DNA from: Pelomyxa schiedti
Taxonomy: Eukaryota; Protista; Evosea
Reading direction: 5' to 3'
Length of the DNA stretch: 64,000 bases
Assembly (NCBI GenBank): GCA_020536535.1
Contig: JAHLWZ010000511.1
Location: 4,735-68,734 of the forward strand
A program made the position numbers and the translations under genes. The notes under the pieces are model-generated. The model saw only the letters and a program-made list of their open reading frames with translations. It made no database searches and was not told the DNA's origin. This document shows positions 13,648 to 24,600 of the stretch, piece after piece (the first letter of the stretch is position 1; each line of letters begins with the position of its first letter).

Positions 13648-14069
13648 TTATCGGAGTCTGCGGGCCTCACGCTCTGACTCCAGGAGTACAAGAATATCTC
13701 CCTCTCTGACTGGGCCCTTTGTTGTGGTTAATGTGGGAAAAGTGTATAGTTAAAGGAAGATTAATTATTCCGGAGGAAGGTGAATAGAAGACCGGATAAA
13801 ATAAAGAGTATGTAATCGTAAATTGGTTATAGTGTTAAAAAGTAAAGTACATCCAAGGTTAATTAATATTTAAGCATAAAAACTGTTTATAAAGGAACGC
13901 CTACCTTGACATTTCTGACTAGCATACGGTCGGAATCGAGGAATTGAACTCTGACTTGGGTGACAGCACCTCGTGAGCCAGTGCGTGACAGAACCTTCTT
14001 AACGACTCCCAATTTAACTGGTGTTACGCCCTCCTGGGTGGGGGCTGAGACTGGTGCAGCTGTTGCCAT
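13648..14069 (-). CDS. RPS28: 40S ribosomal protein S28e (2 coding exons: 14069-13905 and 13716-13648)
   Basis: Exon 1 [25 protein letters not shown]; GT-AG intron 13904-13717; exon 2 [22 protein letters not shown]. Confidence 0.97.
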
Positions 14070-14528
14070 TGATTAACTGCCACAATTTAGTGCTCAATGC
14101 TCAACCAGCGGTGCCAGAAAAACAAAAAAACGAAGCAAACAAACAAAAAAAAAACCACCTCACACAAGCAAGTTGTTCGACACAACACCACGAAAAGAAA
14201 AAATAAACGCGTCTTTTAAACAGCAGTACTCGCATAACAACAGTGCGGACATACGTACAATAAACGAGGGTGTGGGAGCGACGACGCAAGGGCGCGTGGC
14301 GAGAGACGAGATCTCCTTAGTGTTGATTTAATTTTATGCTTCCTTCCAATCAAAAATGACGCAGGGTTGTTTCGACCGCAGTTGCTTCCAGGAAATTAGA
14401 AAGTCTAAGTCTAACCCAACGCCCAACCGGTTGACAAAGGACATTTGCCTGTGTTAGTTTCGATTGGCTAATCCTAATTAAACACTGATGGCCTTACCGT
14501 TTAACATTTGTTGTTCTATGCAATAACG

Positions 14529-15012
14529 ATGGAGTACATCCTTTACGTGCGCAACGGGTGTGTCGCCATTAGAATCCTTTATCTACCACCCGTATTGTGC
14601 TTGTTACTACTTTTTAGTTTGTGTTTTAACTTTGTCTATACTGTAACTAAGTTGCTGGCAGGTGCCCATACTGTGATAAGGTGTGTGAGTTTATTGATTG
14701 CATGCCACAGTGCACGCGTGTTGTTGTCAAGGATGTGTGTCGTGACCCTGCTGCTGAGCGTGACCTCCTCGAGCTCACTCATGGATCCAAGCAGGTTGTA
14801 GAACAACAATATTAACAATGGTTAACTAAAAAGTACCATAACCTAAGAAAGAGTACTATCAAGTAACTGGATGCCTGAAACTGGATTGTATTTTGCAGGT
14901 TCCTTGCCTGAAACTGGGTGACAACTTCCTGCACGAGTCTCTAGACATAATCGAGTTCCTCAAGAAGCAATTCTGCTGTGGAGGAGATGGTCCTGTTGTT
15001 GGTGTATCTTGA
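14529..15012 (+). CDS. Dithiol glutaredoxin (CPYC), ~91 aa, 3 exons (14529-14557, 14662-14794, 14899-15012)
   Basis: Manual splice gives MEYILYVRNGCPYCDKVCEFID..VVVKDVCRDPAAERDLLELTHGSKQVPCLKLGDNFLHESLDIIEFLKKQ; both introns GT-AG with compatible phases. Confidence 0.9.
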
Positions 15013-15168
15013 CATCAATCAACGCTACACAGAACCAGATCATTCGCTCCAAGTGAGAGTATGTTTATGATGAAAAAAAACAAAAGTTTTCGATGAACCT
15101 GCGTTTTTTCAAAGCCTCTTCAACAGTCAAGAAAAAACAAATCCCATACACAACCCCACAAGCCGCGG

Positions 15169-16740
15169 ATGAGTGACGAGGACTACGAAAGCGACGAGTG
15201 TTACGACCACAGCGACCGCGACGACTACAGCGACGACGACGACGGCGAGCCGCGTTCGCCGAGACCAAAAGTGAGCCGATCGGCCGCAGATTCGGCTCCG
15301 CCGCCGCCGCCCCCACCGCCGCCGCTTTACCGTCCCACAATCGTGCCCCTGCCGCAGGGAATGTCCTGCACCACGCGCGCGTGTCACCTGCGCGACCAGT
15401 TCCTGGCCCTGTTGATGTCCACGCACCCTCGCTGCGGCGGTTCCGAGACCTGCCTTCTCAGGCAGTTGTTGATGGCTGCGTCGCCGTGCCTCCCGTCCCA
15501 CAATTCTGCTTTGGCCTGCCGCACAAGCTGCACCACAACCAGCAACACCAGCCCCAGTCACAGTAGTGTTCTGTGGAGCGCCCTGAGGGTCCTCTGGGGC
15601 TGGCTCGTCGACTTCCCATCATTGTTCTTCTGCCTCAAGTTCGGGACCAGGACATTTCCTCCGCACAACACCTTGGTCACCTTTGCAGTTTCGCCCCTCG
15701 CCGGCTCGATCACCCGCGACGCCAGCTGCTGGGACGACGACAGGCCCAGCTCGACCCTGGTCTCGGTCAACACCCACACCGCCGTGTCCCTGTTCACATC
15801 GCCGAGGGGCTGGGGCAGCGACACCTCCAGCATCGCAACGGGCGACAGGCTGGGATTATGGGAGGAGCCCACCCCCGCCGTCCAGGTGGCGGCCACCGGC
15901 AAGTGGTTCGTGGCGGCCCACGGAAGGGTCTCGCACATGTCGATCACCCCCACTTATGGGCCCGGCGCCGGGGCCCGGTGCCTCGTCGACGTGCCCGAGG
16001 CCATGCCCAAGGCCTATCTCGGGTGCACCAACGTGTCACTGTTCTTCAATCACGCTGTGCCTGATGAGGCCGTTCTTATGTTGGTAGGCGATGGATCAAG
16101 GCGCAGGAACCGGCCGTATCTGGCTAGTATCAGGGTGATTGACGTGTCAAGGACCTGGGCAACAAGGAGGTTCTGCGAGGTCAGTTCGACCACTTCCAAG
16201 TTCGGTGCTGCTGCCTGCGAGATTCTATCCGGGGTGGTGCTAAGGAAGCTGAGCGGGGACCACGTTTTCGCCGCTATCGTTGATAGATACCAGGCTGGCA
16301 AGTCTGTTGTTGTGATTGAAGAAGGAACCGGCATACAGACCACCGTGGGTGCTGGAAACGAGGACGGTGGCCCCTCCATTGTGGACACCCTCTGTCAGCT
16401 CAGCGGTAGCCTGTTCTGTGTTGCGAAGCACAAACCCATCACAGCAACGCCTGGCTCTCCTGGTTCCCTTTTTCTCGTTCCCCTCATGGTAATGTATGCA
16501 GGGCCCACATGGTACGAGATATGGGACTGCAACAGCCTGGACTTGAGCAGGCCGCTGAGGACCGTGCAATGCACAGTGGGTTGGACCAGCATGTTTGCTG
16601 AGGGTGGATTGGTTTGCACTGTGACAGGGGGCGCATTTCTCTGCATGCAGGTCACTGACCCATTCTCGGGGATTGTTGTTTTCGAGTTCAAGTATCCTAC
16701 CAACCTCGTGGCACAGAGTGTATTTTCTCTTCTGGTTTGA
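15169..16740 (+). CDS. Intronless lineage-specific family protein (LRDQFLALL..HPRCG motif, beta-rich C-terminus), related to 38101-39276
   Basis: 523-aa uninterrupted ORF with an acidic/Pro-rich N-terminus; shares the RxQFxA..PRC motif and a VS.(T)L.G motif with the 38101 ORF. Confidence 0.75.
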   Translation: MSDEDYESDECYDHSDRDDYSDDDDGEPRSPRPKVSRSAADSAPPPPPPPPPLYRPTIVPLPQGMSCTTRACHLRDQFLALLMSTHPRCGGSETCLLRQLLMAASPCLPSHNSALACRTSCTTTSNTSPSHSSVLWSALRVLWGWLVDFPSLFFCLKFGTRTFPPHNTLVTFAVSPLAGSITRDASCWDDDRPSSTLVSVNTHTAVSLFTSPRGWGSDTSSIATGDRLGLWEEPTPAVQVAATGKWFVAAHGRVSHMSITPTYGPGAGARCLVDVPEAMPKAYLGCTNVSLFFNHAVPDEAVLMLVGDGSRRRNRPYLASIRVIDVSRTWATRRFCEVSSTTSKFGAAACEILSGVVLRKLSGDHVFAAIVDRYQAGKSVVVIEEGTGIQTTVGAGNEDGGPSIVDTLCQLSGSLFCVAKHKPITATPGSPGSLFLVPLMVMYAGPTWYEIWDCNSLDLSRPLRTVQCTVGWTSMFAEGGLVCTVTGGAFLCMQVTDPFSGIVVFEFKYPTNLVAQSVFSLLV

Positions 16741-17007
16741 GCTCCAAAAAAAACAAGAGTCCCTTTGCAACTGTTTTCAAGTTACAGTGGTTTGCGAAAG
16801 TCGTGAAAAAATTCCGAAACAATTTTTGCATCTGGAAAATTGTGTGTGGTGGAGGTGGTGTGTTGGTCACGTGGAAGTCGTAGGCAACTGGCCAAACAAG
16901 GAAAGCTTCGATGCCTTCCACTATTTTTTGCGTTCCCCCCTTTCCAACACACCACCCAAAAAAAAATACAACAAAAATCAAAAAAAACAAAAAAATCGTG
17001 AGAGGAG

Positions 17008-18346
17008 ATGAGCTGCTACCCCAGGGTAAATAGTGACTGTGCGATTGCAAACAGGGACTTGAATGGACTGGGCATCACACTACCACCACCACCTCCACTT
17101 CTTACACAGCAACAAGTATCACGGCCAGCACAACAGTGGCAAATGCCGGCACCACACTCACAACAGCTACAACCACAACCACAACAACTGTGCCACCAGA
17201 CCTGGGTCATTGCGTGCTATGGCTGTGGGCATCCTACAGAGTTGCGGGTAAAGAAAGAATCCTCCAGAGGAAAAGGAAAAGGAAAAGACCAGACTCAGGT
17301 GAGAATATGTTGAATGAATATTCTTTACTTGTTCTTGCTAACAATTGGCAGAACCGGCAAACTGGAAGCGTCTATGATAGGTTGATGTGCAAGTGTAGGT
17401 GCCGAGGACTCTTTCCAGATCCTTGTGGAGGTAAGTAGCACTGTATTCAATTATGTTGTTCGGCTGCTTACTTTCAGCTTGCGATGACTGCCGTCGATTA
17501 ATTAATGCTGGGGACTTGTGTGGCTGTGGGTGTGGTGGCTGCGATCCTGCTGATGATGGAACATGCCAAGGATGCTCACGACAACACTGCACAGTGTGCC
17601 AGTACGTAATAACTGTTGCTTATATTTTTGTCCTTCACATTGTACAGGTTCTGTTCATGTAAATGCGCAGCCTACCCTGAGGCTACTGAAAAAGAATGGC
17701 CTGCCTCAAAGGCAGCCGAATTAAATAGAAGTCTTCAGTTCAAGCTCTCAAAGCAAGGGGCCAAGCAGGATCTAGCCGGCCTCAGTGAAAACCCAGAACT
17801 ACATAATGCTTTGGCTGAGTGTGTGGCAAGCAACCCTTTGGCCATGTCTGCACTTACTGAGAGTGTACAGATGAATCTAAGTAAATCTTTTTAATAATTC
17901 CTTTTCACTCAACCACTACAGGAGGAAGATCAGGTCAATGTGGGCAATCAACTGCTGATTTTGTCAGTTCTCTTCCAAAACGAGTGCCACCAGCTGTACC
18001 TGTGACAGACAAAAACCCGGCTAAACGATTATGTACTGACCAAGCACCTCCGGACCCAATAAAAACAACCAAAGGTACCTTCTCATTTACTCTACCCACA
18101 CCTCACGCTATGGTAGTTCTAATCCAAAAACTGAGAAAAATTGCTGGTGCTGAAAATGCTGTGCTATTTCATGCCATGTTTTCTGTGGTTCATGATTACC
18201 AGAGGTTTATTGACCAGTACGACGATGCTGAAGTTGAAGAAGCACTCAAGCGGGACTACCCAAAGGCTGTAAAATTAATACAAGAACAACTGAGACAAGA
18301 ACTACTTCTCGATAGTGGCACAGCACCCTCACCACAAAGTTCCTAA
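17008..18346 (+). CDS. Transposon cargo/accessory protein, ~370-383 aa: Q/P-rich N-terminus, Cys-rich core, helical C-terminus
   Basis: Exons 17008-17298, 17352-17430, 17478-17601, 17648-17880 and 17922-18346 splice GT-AG into one open frame; CYGC..CKCRC..CDDC..CGCGCGGC..CQGC..HCTVC..CSCKC. Confidence 0.8.
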
Positions 18347-18381
18347 ACTAAAAAAAAAAAAATTTTTTTTTATTTTTTGTT

Positions 18382-19646
18382 TTATAATGGGTTTGTGTAT
18401 GGCGTGTATGGAAGACCAGGAACATAGTAGTGGCAAGCAGACGCAAATTTCTGTACCAGTGGCCCATCAATTGCAAAAGCAGCCTTGTAAATATGTTGTG
18501 CAAGATTCTGTTCCGTTATTTGACCAGGTGACTCGCGGAGGCGCCTCTTGACTTCGGCAAAGCAAAGCTCAATCCAGGCTAGATCAGGTGAGGCTACTGG
18601 CCTAAAAAGGGTTGAGGCCTAATAAAAAAGAAAAGACATACCGCGGTACCAGAAGGTGACCTTCCTGTGAAACTAACGCAAAGATGGAAGGGTTAAGGTG
18701 TGCCTTGTGATTATCCATCAATAAAATGCGTTTTTGGCCACGTATTTGCGGGAGTAATACTACAGCAAGCCAAACATAGAATAGTGATGTGTTGAGTGTT
18801 CCTGGAAACACGAAACAACCCAAAGACCCAACATTAACATCGGCACCCATTATTAAAGTGAGGTGTTTTGATTGTGGTGGCTAAGTTATTATTAGTGCAA
18901 GTTTAAGAGAATTGCAAAGAGGGATGGTGAAACATACATGATGGGTGCGAACAGGTTGACCAGGCAAGGAGTGCCCTCTGCGTCTTGCTGTATCCAACAG
19001 GGTGCACCCCATTTCATCTAGATCGAGCAATACCTCAACTGGTACACAAAAAATACTAGGGTAATATTAGAATACAGAGTTAGGAAATGGACACAAACCC
19101 ATGAGGACTCTCAGTAAGAGTATTGGTAAACCAGGCCCGTCGTTGTGCCTATCAGGGCATTAGTAGGACAAATGTATCCAGCAGCAACGAACCTCATTTC
19201 TCTCTCCAATAATTTTTCGGGTAGTAAAACGAAGGCGGAAGCCAAGTTTCTTTATTGCACGGCTGATTTGCCAAAGCCTACAAACCCCAATATTTAAGAG
19301 ATACTACTGAAGAAAGAGGGATATACTTGCAGAATTCGTGTGTTGCCGCCAGCACAACTGTCTGGAGCTCTTTTAATGTCGCTACTGGGTACAAGAGTAA
19401 GGTCCAGGCAATCATATAACACGCCAAAAAACTCACAGAAAAAGGCCTCCCAGTTCGTTTTCGTACTTCTAATTGAGGTCCTAGTACGTGGTTTTTGCAT
19501 GCACAGTGGTTGAATTGCTCCACACCTTGCTGCCGGTACCGGCGTACTGTGCTCTCACTCACTCCCTCAATGCGGGCTACAACACCAACTGATTCGTTCT
19601 GATGGCTCAATACCCGTCGGCGTTTGGCAAGGGGGTAGCAGCTCAT
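18382..19646 (-). CDS. Tc1/IS630-family DD34E transposase, ~345 aa, 5 short introns, frame intact
   Basis: N-terminal HTH (VARIEGVSESTVRRY, GRP; second HTH ATLKELQ..ISRAIKKLGF); catalytic LDE, MDNHKAH and SPDLAWIE with 34 residues between the second D and E. Confidence 0.93.
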
Positions 19647-20009
19647 CTCCTCTCACGATTTTTTTGTTTTTTTTGATTTTTGTTGTATTTTTTTTTGGGT
19701 GGTGTGTTGGAAAGGGGGGAACGCAAAAAATAGTGGAAGGCATCGAAGCTTTCCTTGTTTGGCCAGTTGCCTACGACTTCCACGTTACCAACACACCACC
19801 TCCACCACACACAATTTTCCAGATGCAAAAATTGTTTCGGAATTTTTTCACGACTTTCGCAAACCACTGTACAAGGGGATAGGGAATTTTTTTACAGATT
19901 TCACAAAAACTGTGATTGTCGGCTCCCTCTTTTTTCTACAAAATCGAATTGTTTTGTCATGTACCAGGCACAAAAAAATGGGTTTATGTTTGTGCCCAGT
20001 GCCCAGCAG

Positions 20010-21440
20010 ACCATAAACAGCCTATGACTATATTTACCACTGTGAACAGAAGTGCCACAACTGCACCAACAACTCTTTTGCTGTAGCCTATCACCCTCAA
20101 TGATATGAATATTCCAACAGCTGGTAAAAGGAAGGCAACAATCAGACTCAAAGGTCCACAGAACTTTCTTGGTGAGGCCAGGGAAACTACGGCAGCAACA
20201 AGCAACAGAAAAAACAGTGCCACCACAAGACCATCGACTAGAATGAACAGCCGCGACGAAGTTGTGGACCGCTGTACAATGATGTCAAAGAAACGGGGGA
20301 GCATTATGGGATGGGGGGAGGGCAGCACAAACCTGAGGCACAGATACATTGTAATCAGGTGAAAGTTGGAAGAGAACACGGCACACATTTCCAATATAAG
20401 CTGTGCTCAACACCATGAACACACCCTGGAGGAGGCGCCAGCATACCCACAACAAAAACAACCACTGAGCCGTGTGCCCATGTGGCGGCGCAATGACAAT
20501 CCAGAAGTAGCCGAGTGCCAAGTTAAAGCAGCTCCACATAGACAACGCAAGTGCACAGTCTGTTGTTTGTTGCTGATTCCTCCATGGGCAGTTCCAGTCC
20601 CAGAACAGTGCAATCACAAACGTGATGAGACCAAAACTGTAGGATTCTGGGTGAGCCACCAGAGCAACCTAAAGAAAAGGGAAGCTCCGTGATTCTCATA
20701 TAAAAGTGTCAGTCACAACACACCAACAGGATAACATTGACAATGAGCAACACAGCCCACAAGGCGAGTGAGACAAGCCTCTTTGGACGCGACTCACACA
20801 GTGTCAAAAGAGCAGTGGAGCCTCGGAACCCTCTGGTGTGTGGTGTCAGACAACAACAGGATTAAATGATGCAGTCAGTACTCACGTGTCAATGTATTGC
20901 TTGACAGAACACAACTTTGGGAGTGACGAGCTGCTCTCAGAGAGCAGGAAGCAACCCAGCGCGAATCCCTTGAGAGACATCAAAGTTCCGTTCTGTTCCT
21001 GTTGAACCATGCTGGATATGCTGTCGATTTGAGACGGTGATGCATTGTGGTGGTTTCTCCACTGTTGTTTGACATCATCCACGGACACCAACTGCTGCTC
21101 TCCCTCCCCTGCGCAAAGATACGCAACAAATGAGACATCTCACCAACAGAAATCGACACAACACACAGCTCCCCCAGTCAGAATAAAGAAGTAACAGTGG
21201 TGTGTACCTTCTTTGTGCCCAGGATGACTTTCAAAGAGTTCGCAGCACTCTGTCCACACCTCAGAGGGGACCAACGAGAACATGGGACGTCCGCCGGCGG
21301 CTTCGTTGTTCTGTTTCTGCTTTTCCTCGACAACAACAACCTCGTTGAGGTCAATGGTCACCTCTGGAACCCCAACAACGAGGTTGGTCATTGGGGAGAA
21401 AATTTGTGTTCTGTTCGAACAGATCAGCATTAGCAGAAAC
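20010..21440 (-). CDS. Putative multi-pass membrane protein, spliced or frameshifted (possibly a pseudogene); boundaries approximate
   Basis: Consecutive minus-strand ORFs (19984-20394, 20285-20659, 20882-21091, 21140-21442) with several hydrophobic helices in the 3' part. Confidence 0.35.
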
Positions 21441-21503
21441 ATGGCCCGAGGGTGCTGCCACCAGTGATGGTTGAATCAGGAGGTGGAGGTAGCGAAGTGG
21501 GAC

Positions 21504-23269
21504 TCAGTGGGTTTCATCAGGACCATTTTTTGAAAATCGTGCCCTTTTTGCTGCAGTTGCCTTAGCTTTCTCACACTTCTTCTCAGCTTTTGCTGTGGCC
21601 TTGGCTGCATTCTGAGCCAACAAGCCAAGATACTTCTGGTGATTCTTCAGGTCTTCGTCATTCATGTTGTTCAGTCTTGGGAGATTCAGTGTGCAGTATT
21701 AAGGGAAGAAAGGCAAACTTGATATTTTCATTTATCAGAAGTATCCTCACATCCACATCTGTGTCCAGTGTATCTAAAGCAAAACGGTATGGTATTAACA
21801 ATGATGTCCATAAAACTGTCATTCGGCCAAAGAATTGTTCAACAACAACACTGTGCTCATTGAGTGTTTGCAGAGAGATATTTGGTTTTTAAAAGTACCG
21901 CTTCTTTTTCAAGGCAGCTATGACAGGGTCAGCATGACTCTCTCGTGGGATAGCAATTTTATTTAGCCTGTATGTCAAAGTTAACTTTGACACGAACTTG
22001 GGAAAAGAAATACCCGCTGGGTTCAGGGCCAATATACCCGGAATCAAATAAAGCAGCCCAGGTTGGTGGGTTGGGATGTCTCTGTAGTTCCTCAGGGCTT
22101 TTCCGCAGCAGTGGCTTGTACAACTCCCAACAGGTCTGAAGATCGGCATAGTCATGCCTTGCCCCCTTGCACCACTTCCCAATGCCACGTGCATAGTAAG
22201 GATGAGTGGCCTGCACAGCAACATGCTTTTTAGCAGCATGGAACCCGTGATGTGCATCAAACATTTCAGCCTGTGTGGCCCATGAACCAGAGGGCTTGTT
22301 CACAATAATGGGTGTGTGGTCCCCAATAGCGGCTATGTAGGATGTTTGATCAGTGGGGTCAGGGTGATGTATAGGAGGGTTTTCAATCCACCTCCGCCAC
22401 AGAACCAACCTTACATCCTCTCTGACCCGCTCAATGGCCTTCAGGCAAGATTCCCAGAGAGCCGCTGGAGAGCTGCGGTTTTGTACACAGAGGAACCATT
22501 TGATAGACACATAAAATAGAGCAAAACAGCATCAGCCGTTGAAATCTGTGGCTTCTTACCACGGCGGCCATAGTCAATCCGGGGCACAACATCGTTCAGG
22601 AAGGAGTTGAACCAATACACATCAAAATGTACAATAGTGAAAAAGGCCTGCAGCTGCAATTAAAACGGGAATAAAGGCAAAGAGACACACGAAACTGCAG
22701 GAGAAGCACGAAAAGTTGGCCATAGTCCTTTTTCTGGCTCAAGAACTGTTGTATGGGCAAGTGGAGCAGCACTCAAGATGCGATTCACCTGCTGTTGATG
22801 CCTGAAGGACCATCTTAGTAATAGTCTATTGTAATTGGAAATGGAACTACCTCGTCATTAGCTCCTGCACATTTGCTGGGAGATTGGCATCTGCAGACCC
22901 CAGCCTTGCTCTGTCTTGTGAAATTGGTCTGGCAGATGTTGATGTGGATGCGGTGAGGGTGGGTGTTGAGTTTTGTTGTACATTCCTGCGTCTTCCAGAC
23001 TGTGGAACTATAGGCTGCTGCACCAATGGTATGACAGGGATCTGCTGTTGTTGCAGCTGCTGCAGCAGTGGTGGTGGTGCCTGTTGTGACCCCAGCAAAG
23101 CTGATCCTCGCTGCTGAGGTGGTGGTGGCTCAGTCCAATGTTGATCTGAAAAAGCTGAGGTACCAGACATGAGGTACAAATCCTGGGAGATTGCCAACTG
23201 CCTCTCATCGAAAGAATACTGAAGTGCATCACCACAAGCTAGGGGAAGCACGTTGGCAATGTCGTTCAT
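21504..23269 (-). CDS. DDE_Tnp_4 (PIF/Harbinger-ISL2EU/IS5-like) transposase, multi-exon
   Basis: Spliced motifs RRGKKPQISTADAVLL, AAIGDHT, GARHD, AALFDSGYIG and KKR|VVVEQFFGR, with a basic Ala/Lys-rich tail ending at TGA 21506-21504; no TIRs found. Confidence 0.8.
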
Positions 23270-23729
23270 CTTGGATTTGCGGCAATTTTGTTCACGTGTG
23301 TTGCATCCACAAGTCTTAAAACACCACAAAATGTGTTATGACCCAATTCACATCAGACAGTTCACGCGCTCTTCACCCCTTTTTTTGCTAACTCGCGAGG
23401 CCTTCATCTCTCCGTTGCAACGGTTTTTTTTCTTTTCTCACCCGATTACCATCAGATTCCTCGAACTCGATCCTTCTTTCGTTAACACGAAATCATCGAC
23501 GACAAGAACAAGGTGCCGAGCGCGATTTTTTTTATTTTTCTGTTTGTTTGGTGTGAAGTGATGAGTGACAGCCACAAAGTGATGAGAACCAGCCACAATT
23601 GCCAGCCACATTGCGTTTCTGTTTTTTTTTTTTTTTGTTGTTGTGCCTGTGGCAGAGATTAGTGTTAAAAAAAAAATATTACTGGTTTTTTCCCGCTTGT
23701 TTCTGTTGTGTTATAAAGACCGATTTCAA

Positions 23730-24340
23730 TATGACCCCCCAAAAACTCGAGTTTACCTTTTCACTGGTTTGTTTGTTTGTTTGTTTACTTAATTCCCCAA
23801 GCATAAAAACCAGGGACTATTATCTCAAGGAAACCGGCTCCTTGACTTTTGTTACTGATGATGGCTATGGATTCTGCTGCCTTACTTCAAAAGGTGAAAC
23901 CTCACTATGCTCACCTCCTGATCGCTTGTATTGTAAATTTAATGGATATAGCCGATGTTCTCTCGGATGGCAGGTGGCATCACCTTGCTGTTTCAAGGAC
24001 ATCAGCAGAGATGAACATTTACGTAGATGGCGCTAGTATTCCCGGAAAGATTAAATCGTATCTTCTTCTAGTTTCCTTTTCCGACCTTGAACAACACTTT
24101 TTTTTTTTGTAGCTCCAGGAGCAATCCCCTTAATGTGAACTCAGAGGCACCCCTTTTCATTTGCTATTCTGAGAAAAGAGGTGATTACTATGATGGACTT
24201 ATCACAGATGTACGAATCTGGGGATGTAGACGTGACCCTGCTTTGTTTGGAAAACCACCTGTTGCTTCAGAAATGACGTACTCGACTGGCTGGTGGTCAT
24301 TTTCAGGGGGATCAATGGTAGAACTCTTACATTTCTGATG
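23730..24340 (+). CDS. LamG/concanavalin A-like domain fragment (spliced; possibly a pseudogene)
   Basis: DGRWHHLAVSR..NIYVDG and DGLITDVRIW motifs typical of Laminin_G_3. Confidence 0.6.
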
Positions 24341-24600
24341 AAATGCAAACATGTTTTTTATACTACTACATCCATGGCGAGATTACTAACTTACAGTCAA
24401 AACACACTGACTCCAGTGGGGACTGTTGCATTGGTAGGAGTTTATCCCAGACCTACACGTTCTCACTTTGTTCACGTGAATAACTTACAGTCACGCCTGT
24501 AACCCTCACTCCACAAATCCAACTGAAACCTGTCTGTCCGCGGCACCCGAAAATTTCCTCCTCGACTTTATAAGCCATAATGAAAAATTCTTTCTTTTCT

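Larger units (their letters stand above)
16785..19869. mobile_element. Intact Tc1/mariner-IS630 DNA transposon, 3085 bp, with two convergent genes
   Basis: 238-bp TIRs (16785-17022 and 19632-19869, one mismatch seen), CAGTG...CACTG termini, TA duplication at 16783-16784 and 19870-19871, internal DD34E transposase. Confidence 0.95.

Noticed and set aside
13717-13904. Intronic snoRNA in the unusually long RPS28 intron
   Set aside because: No C box (RTGATGA) or D box (CTGA) on the sense strand and no convincing H/ACA hairpins
17008-18346. Cargo gene as a Fanzor/TnpB nuclease (these often ride in Tc1/IS630 elements)
   Set aside because: No RuvC motifs (DPG/DxG, catalytic E, RDxNAAxN) in the spliced protein, and no room for an omegaRNA after the stop
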